DNA of 25,407 nucleotides from Candidatus Methanophagales archaeon (GTDB lineage Archaea; Halobacteriota; Syntropharchaeia; Alkanophagales; Methanospirareceae): NCBI GenBank assembly GCA_030668065.1, contig DAOUUS010000001.1, positions 1 to 25,407 of the forward strand, read 5' to 3'. Shown piece by piece: positions 9,411 to 19,960 of this stretch (position 1 is its first letter; each line of letters starts with the position of its first letter). The notes under the pieces were generated by a model. It saw only the letters and a program-made list of their open reading frames with translations, ran no database searches and was not told where the DNA came from. The position numbers and the translations under genes were made by a program.

Positions 9411-9728
9411 TTGTGCGGGCACGCTCTCGTTCGACACTTTCACCGCCAGTCAGACCCTCAAAGTCTTCCTCCACATCGCTACCCTACGAGCGCCAACCGT
9501 CCACGGTGAGTCCGCTCCCTTCCGGGCCTAAACCGGTACCCATAGCAAAGGTAAGGCAACAAACCCTCCAGCTTGCCACCATACCACCGTCAACCCCGTA
9601 GGACGACATTTCTTCGTAGGACCTCAAGCTGAACTAATGGCTACGGCGCCTCAATCAAGCTTCGCCTCTCGCATATCGGCGATTTCAAGTGACAAAGGAC
9701 GCCGGGCCCTCCAGGCTAGCCCGCACAA
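9411..9728 (-). ncRNA. ffs: archaeal signal recognition particle RNA (7S RNA)
   Basis: Minus strand starts TTGTGCGGGCTAGCCTGGAGGGCCCGGCGTCC...AAATCGCCGATATGC (Alu-domain pattern) and contains the helix-8 motif TAGGCCCGGAAGGGAGCG (+ 9513-9530). The ends form a perfect 10-bp terminal helix (9411-9420 / 9719-9728). Length ~318 nt. Exact ends uncertain by a few nt. Confidence 0.92.
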
Positions 9729-9804
9729 TACTACATATACCTTGATTAAATAAAACATAAAAAAAAAAGGGTTACCCAGAAAAAATCAAGGCATTTATCC
9801 CAAT

Positions 9805-10719
9805 TTAAAAGGTGTCCATCACAAAAACTTCGCCCTTATCATGACGAGGATATGCGGGAACGACATCTACTTTTATATCTAACCTCTTCTCCAGGTCTTT
9901 ATACCGGTTCCGGATAGTAATCTCTGTCGTGCCCATAATCTTGGCTATCTCCCGCTCCGTGCGGTACTCGCCTCCTACAATTGCCGAGATGTATATTGCC
10001 GCAGCCGCAGTTCCTATCGGCCCCCAGCCCCGAGTTGCTTCTACACCCTTATCATCATTCAGTATCTCAATTGCTCGTTCCCGTGTCGCAGGACTCAATC
10101 CGAGTTCGGAGCAGAACCGGGGTATGAATAGGGAAGGGTCCGCCGGCGCGAGCTTTATCCCTAATTTCCGTAAAAGGAATATATACGCTCGCCGTATCTT
10201 CTTTAACGGACTTCTTGATACCTTTGCAATCTCTTTCAGCGTCCTTGGAACACCATATTGTCTGCAAACAATGTACAACATGGCTGAAACTAATTCCTCT
10301 ATACTCCGCCCTTTTATCAGTTTCTCCTTTGCTGCCCTACGGTATAACACAGAAGTTGCCTCTCTGATATTACCCGGCAGTTTTAGTGCACAAGCCATTC
10401 GATCTATCTCAACGAGTGCGAATGCAAGGGTCTTCTCATTACTATCCATATTCACCCATCGCACTCGCTTTATTCCAGGTGGCAAGGACGGTGTGGGCGT
10501 GCTTAAGCCCTTGTCATGTATCCGATAGCTCATACCAGGACCTGTTCTTATCCTCTTAGAAGCTTGTTCTGCATCAAAAGCACGCCATTCTGGCCCCACA
10601 TCTACAATATTCTCAGCTATTACAATTCCACAATCGGCACAGTAAAGTTCCGCATGTTTAGAATCTGATACTACCTTTTTTGACCCACATTCGGGGCAAT
10701 CCTTCATTCCTGTTGTCAT
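9805..10719 (-). CDS. tfb: transcription initiation factor IIB (TFB), divergent paralogue
   Basis: Zn ribbon CPEC...CADC, GPEWRAF, HDKGLST, two cyclin folds (GRSIE...PRTLKEIA; TEITIRNRYK). ATG at 10719 preferred over TTG at 10767. Confidence 0.95.
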   Translation of the reverse strand: MTTGMKDCPECGSKKVVSDSKHAELYCADCGIVIAENIVDVGPEWRAFDAEQASKRIRTGPGMSYRIHDKGLSTPTPSLPPGIKRVRWVNMDSNEKTLAFALVEIDRMACALKLPGNIREATSVLYRRAAKEKLIKGRSIEELVSAMLYIVCRQYGVPRTLKEIAKVSRSPLKKIRRAYIFLLRKLGIKLAPADPSLFIPRFCSELGLSPATRERAIEILNDDKGVEATRGWGPIGTAAAAIYISAIVGGEYRTEREIAKIMGTTEITIRNRYKDLEKRLDIKVDVVPAYPRHDKGEVFVMDTF

Positions 10720-11037
10720 TTTTATTATCTCCTCAACAAAGTACTCATCCCCGATCCGCAAAGTCAAAAGGGAAAGAGCAATTTGAGCGGTATTTATATG
10801 CGTAAACGCTTATCTACCAACTAACGTAGCCCGCTCTTTGCCTTCCTTCCTTTCAGCGATTTCGTAAGGATGCCCTTCATCATGATCACCTGAAACTGAA
10901 TATATCTTATTTAGTATATATAACTATCGGTAATAGTCCTCTAAGAGTAAGATGTCTTCAACATTATCTAAAATGCTTTTAACGCTATACAAAAGGAAGA
11001 AGAGGGTTTTTCATTACCTCTACTAAATAGATATATA

Positions 11038-11964
11038 ATGGACATAGACCTGGAATCCCAATTTACTGGTGCATTAATAGGTAGCGCGGTTGGCGATGCT
11101 TTAGGCGCCCCCGTGGAGGGATATAGCAGGGAGAAGGTAAACGCGGTTTACGGCGCGAGGGGGGACTGGGAGATGAAGTCGGGTCGCTACACGGACGATA
11201 CGGAGATGATGATAGGCGTTGCCGAATCTTTAATCGAGAACCGGGGCTTCAATGGCGCTGATATGGCACATAAGTTTATCCTGAATTATGATGTGAGCAG
11301 GGGATATGGCCCGGGGTCTAAGGAAGCGTTACGAAGGATACGCGCGGGTGAGAGTTGGGAAGCGGCTTCGGAACAGTTATTTTTTGGTGAAGGTTCGTAT
11401 GGCAATGGTGCTGCGATGCGAATTGCCCCTGTGGGTATTTTGTATTTTGATAACGCAGAAGTGCTACGGGAAATAGCCTATAAATCAAGCCACATCACAC
11501 ATGCTCATCTGCTCGGTAAAGAAGGAGCGGCTTTGCAAGCATATTCCATCGCTCTTGCCGTGCAGGGCCATAAAGAAGATATGTTGCCCCGTCTAAAAGC
11601 GTTTGCTAAAGAGATATATAACGATAAGCTAAATACGGTAGAGCGGCTTTTGGGTGACGATACGGAAGAGAAGGAGGTAATCACAGAATTAGGTACCGGT
11701 ATAGCGGCTTTTGATTCCGTGCCTACGGCTATTTACGCTTTTTGCCGATTTGACACGTTTGAAGATGCGGTTGCATATGCGATAAGTTTGGGTGGCGATA
11801 CCGATACCATAGGGGCAATGACCGGGGCGATATGTGGCGCTTTTTATGGTGAAGGTGCAATTCCAGGCAGGTGGGTCGAGAAGTTGGAAGAAGGAGAAAA
11901 AGGCAGAAGTTATATAAAGAAGTTGGGCAATGAGTTGTACCGTATCAAGATGCTGCACCCTTGA
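11038..11964 (+). CDS. ADP-ribosylglycohydrolase (DraG/ARH family)
   Basis: Motifs GDALG, YTDDTEM, GNGAAMRIAP, GGDTDTIGAMTGA all intact. Confidence 0.93.
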   Translation: MDIDLESQFTGALIGSAVGDALGAPVEGYSREKVNAVYGARGDWEMKSGRYTDDTEMMIGVAESLIENRGFNGADMAHKFILNYDVSRGYGPGSKEALRRIRAGESWEAASEQLFFGEGSYGNGAAMRIAPVGILYFDNAEVLREIAYKSSHITHAHLLGKEGAALQAYSIALAVQGHKEDMLPRLKAFAKEIYNDKLNTVERLLGDDTEEKEVITELGTGIAAFDSVPTAIYAFCRFDTFEDAVAYAISLGGDTDTIGAMTGAICGAFYGEGAIPGRWVEKLEEGEKGRSYIKKLGNELYRIKMLHP

Positions 11965-12064
11965 GTTTTGGTATCTTCCTTTTTTACCGCACACGTGTAT
12001 ATTAATTACTAATAGCTGCAATCTAAATAGGTAACAAAGACCGAATGGTAAGAAGGTAACAGAA

Positions 12065-12598
12065 ATGCAAGGTGAGATATTCAAGGCATTGGGCAGTAAA
12101 ACGCGGGTGGCGATGATAAAGTGTTTGCTGCACAGGGAGTATCATGTATCGGGCTTAGCAAGAGCTTTAGGCATTTCGGTTCCTGTCGCGGCTAAACACG
12201 TAAAAATCTTAGAGAATGTAGGTGTTCTGAAGTACGAAGTATTTGGTAAGACCCATGTATTAAGGGTAAATAGGAATAGGCTGTATGAAGCGATGGATAC
12301 GTTTAGCGATGAATATGACATAGAAGTAGAGCAAGGCGCGAGCTTGCTGAGCGCATTAAAGGAAGTTGCGGGTGTAGGGCTAAAGCGAGTCGCGGACCGC
12401 GAGTACATTGTTTCGATAGATAATGAAGAGGGTTTTTATGTGTATGAAGTGAATGGAAAGCTGCCAGATACGCCTATTAACGAATATAAACTAGATAAAG
12501 TACAAGAAATAGAAATAAAGCGGTTGGTGCCGGTAGTTAAGAAAAAGGTAAGAGTAAAAGTTAGTGCAAACGCAAAGATAGAGAAAAAGCAGGGGTAA
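12065..12598 (+). CDS. ArsR-type winged-helix regulator with C-terminal DUF4430-like (beta-grasp) domain
   Basis: N-terminus IFKALGSKTRVAMI...VSGLARALGISVPVAAKHVKILENVG is ArsR-like. C-terminus LLSAL...YIVSID...GFYVYEVNGKLPDTPINEYKL resembles DUF4430 (pattern recognition only). Confidence 0.75.
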   Translation: MQGEIFKALGSKTRVAMIKCLLHREYHVSGLARALGISVPVAAKHVKILENVGVLKYEVFGKTHVLRVNRNRLYEAMDTFSDEYDIEVEQGASLLSALKEVAGVGLKRVADREYIVSIDNEEGFYVYEVNGKLPDTPINEYKLDKVQEIEIKRLVPVVKKKVRVKVSANAKIEKKQG

Positions 12599-12620
12599 CC
12601 CAACCGCAAAAGAAACGTAC

Positions 12621-13382
12621 CTAAAAACGCACGAAATCACGCACTTTTTGCTCGATGTCAGCCGCGTGCATAACGGAAGTACCGGCAAGCAAAGCGTCTG
12701 CACCAGCAGCGAACATCCGCCGTGCCTCTTCTATCGTATTTATGCCACTCATTGCTACTAACGGCACATCGGCAGGTATCGCAGACTTGATCTCAGGAGC
12801 TATCTGCTCAAAAGTCGCCACATCTACCTCAAGCGTATCCAGGTCGCGATTGTTTATGCCGATTAGCGTAGATGCTGACGTCAGGTCCATATCGGAAATC
12901 ATGTCTTTTGATACCGGGTCTATCTCTATGAGCGTTTCCAGACCAACCGCGGCAGTTTTCTGTGTCAGCTCGTTCAACTCACTCGCGCTCAGAAATCGTG
13001 CTATCAGTAGTATAGCATCTGCACCGTGCACATACGACTCCAGTAACTGGAACTCATCGAATATGAAGTCCTTTCGCAATACAGGCAGCGTAACAGAAAG
13101 TTTAACATCGCTTAAATCAGATAAACTACCTGAAAACGCTTCTTCCGTGAGGACGGATATGGCACATGCACCGCCGGCTTCCATTTGTTTCGCGGCTGCC
13201 GCGGATTCTATATTCAGCGCTTGGTCGCCTTCTTTTAAGCCTTTTTGTTTTACTTCGGTGATTACCGGATTTTTCCCTGCCGTCCGAGCTTCATAAATCG
13301 CCTGCTTCATGCTCCTTCGTGACTTCAACCGCTCGATGATTTCGCGTTTCCGTCTTAAAATCTGTTCTACCATTTTTGCCAC
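12621..13382 (-). CDS. trpC: indole-3-glycerol-phosphate synthase-family protein (atypical)
   Basis: ITEVK, ISVLTE, PVLRKDFI, GADAILLI, GINNRDL, GADALLAGTSVM. Start is GTG 13382 or ATG 13373 (GGAG upstream of the latter). The usual ESG motif reads MSG. Confidence 0.85.
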   Translation of the reverse strand: MAKMVEQILRRKREIIERLKSRRSMKQAIYEARTAGKNPVITEVKQKGLKEGDQALNIESAAAAKQMEAGGACAISVLTEEAFSGSLSDLSDVKLSVTLPVLRKDFIFDEFQLLESYVHGADAILLIARFLSASELNELTQKTAAVGLETLIEIDPVSKDMISDMDLTSASTLIGINNRDLDTLEVDVATFEQIAPEIKSAIPADVPLVAMSGINTIEEARRMFAAGADALLAGTSVMHAADIEQKVRDFVRF

Positions 13383-13469
13383 TCCAAAAACTGTGTATAT
13401 AATTTTAGTAAGCGTTAGCGATTATTTATTTATCAATATAGTAATGCCGGATTTTATTGTAACCCCGTT

Positions 13470-13508
13470 TTATAACTTGCCCATCTTAACCCGTCTCAAA
13501 TAACCCAT
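13470..13508 (-). pseudogene. orphan 3' tail of a paralogue of the giant PGF-CTERM gene (MGYLRRVKMGKL*)
   Basis: 25-bp exact match CATCTTAACCCGTCTCAAATAACCC at 13482-13506 and 13777-13801; translation mirrors the giant protein end TGYLRRVKMRKL*. Confidence 0.75.
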
Positions 13509-13531
13509 AAGGGAACTCCCAGTAAATAGTT

Positions 13532-13639
13532 TACCCATTTTGATAAAAATCATGGACACAGATTTTACCGATTTACACAGACGGTACTGTCCTGATGATT
13601 AAGTTTTTACGGGTCGAATAAAAATAAAAAAGATTAATA
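13532..13639 (+). repeat. dispersed repeat B, left copy of a ~110-bp inverted pair
   Basis: Aligns to the reverse complement of 22367-22478 with 14 mismatches and one 4-bp indel (~85%); starts TACCCATTTTGATAA. Confidence 0.85.
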
Positions 13640-13766
13640 GTGTTTGTTTAGCTAACCACAGATTACACAGATTTTCACGAGAAGATAGTACTCTGGATCC
13701 GGCTTAAGTACACTATTGGTTTTTTATCCCCTGCTAACCCAAAAATCTTGTGCTAATCTCGTGGTT
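13640..13766 (+). mobile_element. MITE-like element A, right-truncated copy
   Basis: 7 differences over 124 bp versus 2577-2700. Has the left TIR but not the right; ends at the stop codon of the giant gene. Confidence 0.8.
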
Positions 13767-15874
13767 ACAATTTCCGCATCTTAACCCGTCTCAAATAACC
13801 CGTAACCACCGCAAACGCTATAAGCAACAGTGCGACCTCAAAGCCCGGTATCCGCGGTTTCGGCGTTGCCGCCGGTGTCCCTTCGGGTGCCTCCACCGGC
13901 GTTGGTTCTGGTGCTGACGTTGCCACAGGTACTGAACTCGGTGTTGCCGCCGGTGTTCGTGCGGGCCTTCTTATCGCCAAACAAGCCACGCAGTCATGAT
14001 TCGGGTCACACGGGTCATTCGGATCGGTGCCCGCAATTAGTTCGTCCAAATCGCTAATACCGTCACCATCCGTGTCTTGCGGACCACCGCCACCGCCTCC
14101 ACCACCGCCTCCTCGTACAGCGGGTGTTGGTGTTGGTACAATCGGTTTCGATCTCTTTTCTCCTGCTAGCCCGTGCAAACCTAAATGCGATACATTTGCC
14201 CATACATAGCCCTCGTAGTCCTTACCATAAAGCACAACATTTGTGGTATCCACGCCTGTTCCTTCAGAAAGTTTCGTCCACCCGGATTTATCGAACGAGT
14301 ACAGACTCAACGTACTTTCGTTTAGATCCCCCGCATCGTCTGCATCTCCATCGCCCGTTCTATCCAAGTCTGACACCGTGTAATACATCCCGATCCATGC
14401 CCAGTTGATTATATCACTGGTCTCGTTCTGCACGTTCTCGTTTACAGTTATCTCTAAATATTGCCCCGCTGTTTCTTCTTCGCTTCTCAACCCCCCGGTA
14501 TGACTCAGCGCAGAAGGAGTAGTCGAAACGTTATACCTGCTCATTTTTACCCACGGTGTTACCGCTTCCTCAAGCTCTACCCGTACAGAAGATTCTATCT
14601 CTTTTATCGCCTCTATGCTGAAGAACTCCCTCGTAGACGGATATTCCACCACAACAGAATCCGGCAGTCGCGTCACCTTCATGCCCTTTAGTGTGCTCAA
14701 AATACGGTAGTGGTCTGAATGATATGGCTGCGTGAGCATCACTACCGTCTGCGTGGGCGTCCATACCCCGTACTCGACAGCAAACCGGTCATAATCAGAT
14801 TCGAGCATTGCCGTGAGCGTGGTATTATCCCCGGATTTTATCAAAATATCGCGTGTGATGTTTCCGGCAGTTCCGTTCCCATCCGGTCTGCCCACAAGCA
14901 CGATATAAGGTGCATCCGAATAATTTGACTTCAGTTCATCCGGTGACACGATGGTAACATTGGTATATTGTGCAAGCTTATCCACGAACTCGTAAGTATC
15001 CGCGTCCGGGTCGTAAGCGAGTATCACACGCGCCACGTGTGGTACATAGGAATCTGTATCTTCAAGATCGTTTACTCCATCGTCATCGGTGTCATTCCAT
15101 AGTGGATCGGTTCCCAATTCCAGTTCCCTTAAGTCCGAAATGTCATCGCCATCCGTATCATTGCACAGCGGGTCGGTCCACAGCTCTATCTCGTAACCAT
15201 CCGGAACACCATCGAAATCGGTATCGTTGTTCAATGCACTCGTGTTGTGAATAATCTCGTAGCCGTCTGTTAAATTATCGCTATCAGAATCCGGATTCCA
15301 GGGGTCTGTACTCAGGTTGTATTCCTGTGCATCAAACAGCAGGTCCGCATCAGAATCCGGGTTACACAGACTTGAATTGAATTGCTTTTCCTGAGAGTCG
15401 GAAAGTCCGTCGGAATCAGTGTCGCGATTGTTCGGGTCAGACCCGAGCACGAACTCCCCGAAATCTGATAGTCCATCGCCATCCGTATCGCTTTGTTTGG
15501 GGTCGCTGCCACAAGTAATCTCTGTACCGTCATCCAACCCGTCACCATCTATATCATAATTGGTTACCGCAGTCCCAAGCTCCTTCTCCACGTAATCGCT
15601 CAGTCCGTCACCATCAGTATCCACGTTCCTTGGATTCGACCTCGCATTGAATTCTTCGTGATCGTTTAGTCCATCGAAATCCGTGTCTTTAAGCAAAGAC
15701 TCGCTCGTCACATGGAGTGTGTAGGTACCGGTAGAATTGGTGAAGGTGACGTCCCAGCCGGTGGTCTCGGTTTCGTCGGTAAGCCCGTCGTTGTCAGTAT
15801 CCTGGGTGGCGGATTCCGCCTTCTGGCTTGCTCCAACCGGTATTCCACCAGAAGAGGTTGTTTCACTCTCGCCT

Positions 15875-16810
15875 GTTTTAATGTCCCAACCGATCATATA
15901 CCCGAACTGATTTGCCCCTTCAGGGTTGCCAATAGCCATCAAAAGCCAATCCTGCTTTCCATTGCCATTGATGTCGGCAATTGCTGCTCCACCACCATCA
16001 TTTTCAGTGCCAGTAACAGGAGAGTGTATGGTGGAACTCCAACTGGAGGGATTGCCGTTGGTATCAATGTCCCAGCCTATCATATACCAGAACTTGTTTG
16101 CTCCTTCGGGATCGTCAATACCCATAAGAAGCAAATCCGGCTTGCCATTGCCATTGATGTCGGCAATTGCTGCTCCACCACCTGCATTTTCATTGCCAAT
16201 AGCGGAAGATTTTATGACCGAACTCCAACTGCCGGGATTGCCATCTGTATCAATGTCCCAACCAATCATATACCGGAAGTGATTTGCCCCGCTGGAATCG
16301 TTAATGCCCATCAAAAGCAAATCCAGCGTTCCATTTCCATTTATGTCGGCAATGACTGCTCCACCGCCAGCATTAAAGTAGCTACCCATATAGGGCGAGT
16401 GTATGGAGGAACTCCAACTGGTAGGATTGCCGTCTGTATCAATGTCCCAACCTATCATATACCGGAACTGATTTGCCCCATCAGGGTCGTCAATACCCAT
16501 CAGAAGCAAATCCGGCTTCCCATTTCCATTTATGTCGGCAATGACTGCTCCACCGCCAGCATTAAAGTAGCTACCCATATAGGGCGAGTGTATGGAGGAA
16601 CTCCAACTGCTGGGATTGCCGTCTGTATCAATGTCCCAACCTATCATATACCGGAACTGATTTGCCCCGCTGGGATCGTCAATGCCCATTAAAAGCAAAT
16701 CCGGCTTCCCATTTCCATTTATGTCGGCAATGACTGCTCCACCGCCAGCATTAAAGTAGCTATCCGTATAGGGCGAGTGTATGGAGGAACTCCAACTGGT
16801 GGGTGTGCCG
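15875..16810 (-). repeat. five tandem coding repeats (186-189 bp), FG-GAP-like with DING(N)G Ca-loop
   Basis: ATGTCCC anchor at 15881, 16067, 16253, 16442, 16631; unit GGGA(V/A)IADINGNGKPDLLLMGIDDP.GAN.F.YMIGWDI. Confidence 0.9.
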
Positions 16811-17214
16811 CCGGCGTCATTATCACTAATTCCATCGCCATTCGTATCTTCTGACCTTGGATTTAGCCACAACATATATTCCACGTAATCCGTAAGCCCA
16901 TCGAAATCGGTGTCGTTTATCCGTGGATCAGACCAAACAGTTTCGCTGAACTCTTTCCCGGGATCGCCCAAATAGTTGAAAGTTATCTGCCAGCCGCGGT
17001 GTTCCTCGTAATCCGTAAGCCCATCAGAATCCGTATCTTTTTCAGTTGGGTCCGTGCCAAGTTCAAGCTCAAGCATGTCGGTCAGCCCATCAGAATCGGT
17101 ATCTGCTTTTGTTGGGCTTATGTCATAGCCGAAGGTATGTACCTCAAACATATCCGAGAGCCCATCAGAATCGGTGTCCCATTTGTTTGCACTCGTGTCA
17201 CACTCAACGGGTAC

Positions 17215-17630
17215 CAATTTCCATTTCTGGTCCTCTTTATTCCACCAATCCCACTGCCAGACATTGGCACCATTCGCAGTACTATTGTGGCTGACGTTCA
17301 AGCACTTGCTGCTTCTATTGTTAATAATTTTGTAGTTGCCTTCGCCACCAACATGGTCAAGCCTCCATTTCTGGTCGGTATAACCACCGTAAGTTTTTTG
17401 TACGACGTTAGCACCGTTATATGTACCACCGTCTTCGATACTCAAACACTTGCCGCTGTGTTTGGCACAAATCTTGTGATAGCCATCACCAACGGGTTCC
17501 AGTTTCCATTTCTGATTATCTTTACCCTCGTACTCCCATTGCTCGACATTGGCACTACTCGCAGTACTAGCGTCCTTGACATCCAAGCACTTGCCGCTGT
17601 GTTCGGCACAAATCTTGTAGTATGTATCCT
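17215..17630 (-). other. ricin-B (beta-trefoil) lectin domain 2 within the giant protein
   Basis: Three subdomains YKI...SGKCL.V...GANV.Q(W)...(N/D)QKW. Confidence 0.9.
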
Positions 17631-19404
17631 GATGCCCTTCCACGCTATTGAGAAGCCCGTCACCATCAGTATCCTGCAACGAAATAGCATACCAGTTCAC
17701 GAAATCGCCGATATTTCCTGGGAGCACATCGAAGTAGGTGGTATCTGGGTCGGTCTTGGTCGTACTTGTGTTCGATTTACCCGAGCAAATACCCAAAATG
17801 CATTCGTCATAATAGAATTTATAATTAGCAGATAACCAGGAAGTCAGCGGGAGGTTCTTCATGCCTTTATTTGGCATTAGCCACAATCCGGTATAGCACT
17901 TTTCTTTGTACCATGTATCGTGGTCTTCGTGACTGTCGCAATAATGCTCGTAACTGCCGCTCTCAAACGTAGAATCATCCTTATGGTATTCATATTTCGG
18001 ATGAATATAGCTATCTTTATAGTCATCGTGATCTCCATGATCTATACCACGCTTCGTTTCCGAAGCCTTAGCCCAGAACCAGCTTTTTATTTCTATCTTG
18101 TCGCCTACTGTTAATCCATTATCATCATAATCTTCTATATTCAACGTTGTCCCTCCCGGTTCAAGCTCAAGATTGACCCTGATTATGAACTTAACAAGCC
18201 AATCTATAAGCTTTTTCATCAGCCAACCTGACCCGTGGCCAAAAATACTGGCTATAATATCGGCTATGACAATCAATAGCGCGATTGCCCAGCCCACGAC
18301 TGGGATACATCCAATAGCCACGAGAATACCAACAAATATTAGCTGCATTACGGCATACACAGCACCTAAGGCAAAACCAAAACCCGACCATCCTTCCGCT
18401 TTGGCAATCGCGATGAATGTATAGATTGCGACAGCAGCTATTATTATCCAGCCCACGACCTCCATCACTTCGGCAATTTTGCTGAGTTTTGATGCCCATC
18501 CGGCTTCTTCAACAATTGCTCCTTCGCTCATCACCGCTTTGAGTTCGTCCATATTTTTAGTCGCTTTTACAGTGCGGTATTGAGTCGTGAGCTCACCCAA
18601 ACGTGGACTCAAATTCGCCTCCTCTCCCATTTCGCCCGTAAGCCCATCCATAATAGCATATCTGGCATGTAGAAATGCTCTCTTCTCTAAAGACTTAGCT
18701 ATAATCTCGATAAGTGGACCTGCCAGATGCTCGAAACCACTATAACCTTTATGCATCCACTCAAGTACCTCATTTTCCTCTGGATCCTCGAATTCAATTT
18801 CGTGGCCGTCTACCCCGGGTAGTGTTGTTTCTCCAAAACTCGCTATCAAAAGTAGCATCAGCATATTCGCCTTTTTCTCTATATCATCCCCTTCCCAGAT
18901 CTTCACATCTCCTATAAGTTCATCAAACCCAATAATTTCGTTTGTGGTAGTATTATACCAGCTCATCTTGATTGACTTCGTCGTTACCACAGATCTGTTG
19001 GTTAAATCAACATTGTATTCATTTCCCTGAATATACGGGGTGCCCATGGCGCTATTGGCAGAGACATCAGATAGTGCGAAAACGATTGGTAGTATTTTGC
19101 CCTCTGGTAAGCTATCCAGCGCATCTTTTGTCTTGTTGAGTACAGCAATCAATGCCGCATCATGATGCGAGTATGAACTAATGTTAGAGGTGACGCTAAC
19201 GTTATGTTCCGCCAGCTTAGCTGGTGCCTCTAACAGCGTGTTCTGGCTCTTCAAGAATTCATACTTTAGAACCAGGTACGCATTCATAGTCTGGTTTCTG
19301 TCGCCGCTGTAAAACAAACCTGCATCCGCGCCAGAGTTCTCCTCTACGCTGAACCCGGTGAGCATGAAGTCTTCTTTGTAGCGGGCAATGGTGGTTGATT
19401 CTGA

Positions 19405-19960
19405 TTCTAGGTCCCAGCCGATTTTGTACCGGAAGTTATTATCCCCCTCAGGGTTGTCAATGCCCATCAAGAGCAAATCCGGCTTGCCATTTCCATTGAT
19501 GTCCACAATGGCAGCTCCACCTCCGGCATCATAGACGCCAAATCCACCTACGTAGCCTAAAGTGGGACTCCAGGAGGTGGGGTTGCCATCGGTTTTAAGG
19601 TCCCAGCCTATTTTGTACCGGAAGTTATTTTGCCCCTGGGGGTTGTCAATGCCCATCAAGAGCAAATCCGGCTTGCCATTTCCATTGATGTCTGCAATTG
19701 CGGCTCCACCTCCGGCATTCTCAGCACTAAATCCACCTTCGAACCCTAAAGTGGGACTCCAGGAGGTGGGGTTGCCATCAGTTTTAAGGTCCCAGCCTAT
19801 TTTGTACCGGAAGTTATTATCCCCCTGGGGGTTGTCAATGCCCATCAAGAGCAAATCCGGCTTGCCATTTCCATTGATGTCTACAATTGCGGCTCCACCT
19901 CCGGCATTCTCAGCACTAAATCCACCTTCGAACCCTAAAGTGGGACTCCAGGACAGGTCA
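19405..19960 (-). repeat. three tandem coding repeats (189 bp), FG-GAP-like
   Basis: GTCCCAGCC anchor at 19411, 19600, 19789; near-identical 63-aa units. Confidence 0.9.

Noticed and set aside
9235-9601. ORFs 9235-9474 (-) and 9350-9601 (+)
   Set aside because: They overlap the SRP RNA and have no protein-like motifs.
14086-14115. CCACCGCC-type microsatellite as a phase-variation tract
   Set aside because: Mixed Gly codons encoding a poly-Gly linker; not a pure slippage tract.
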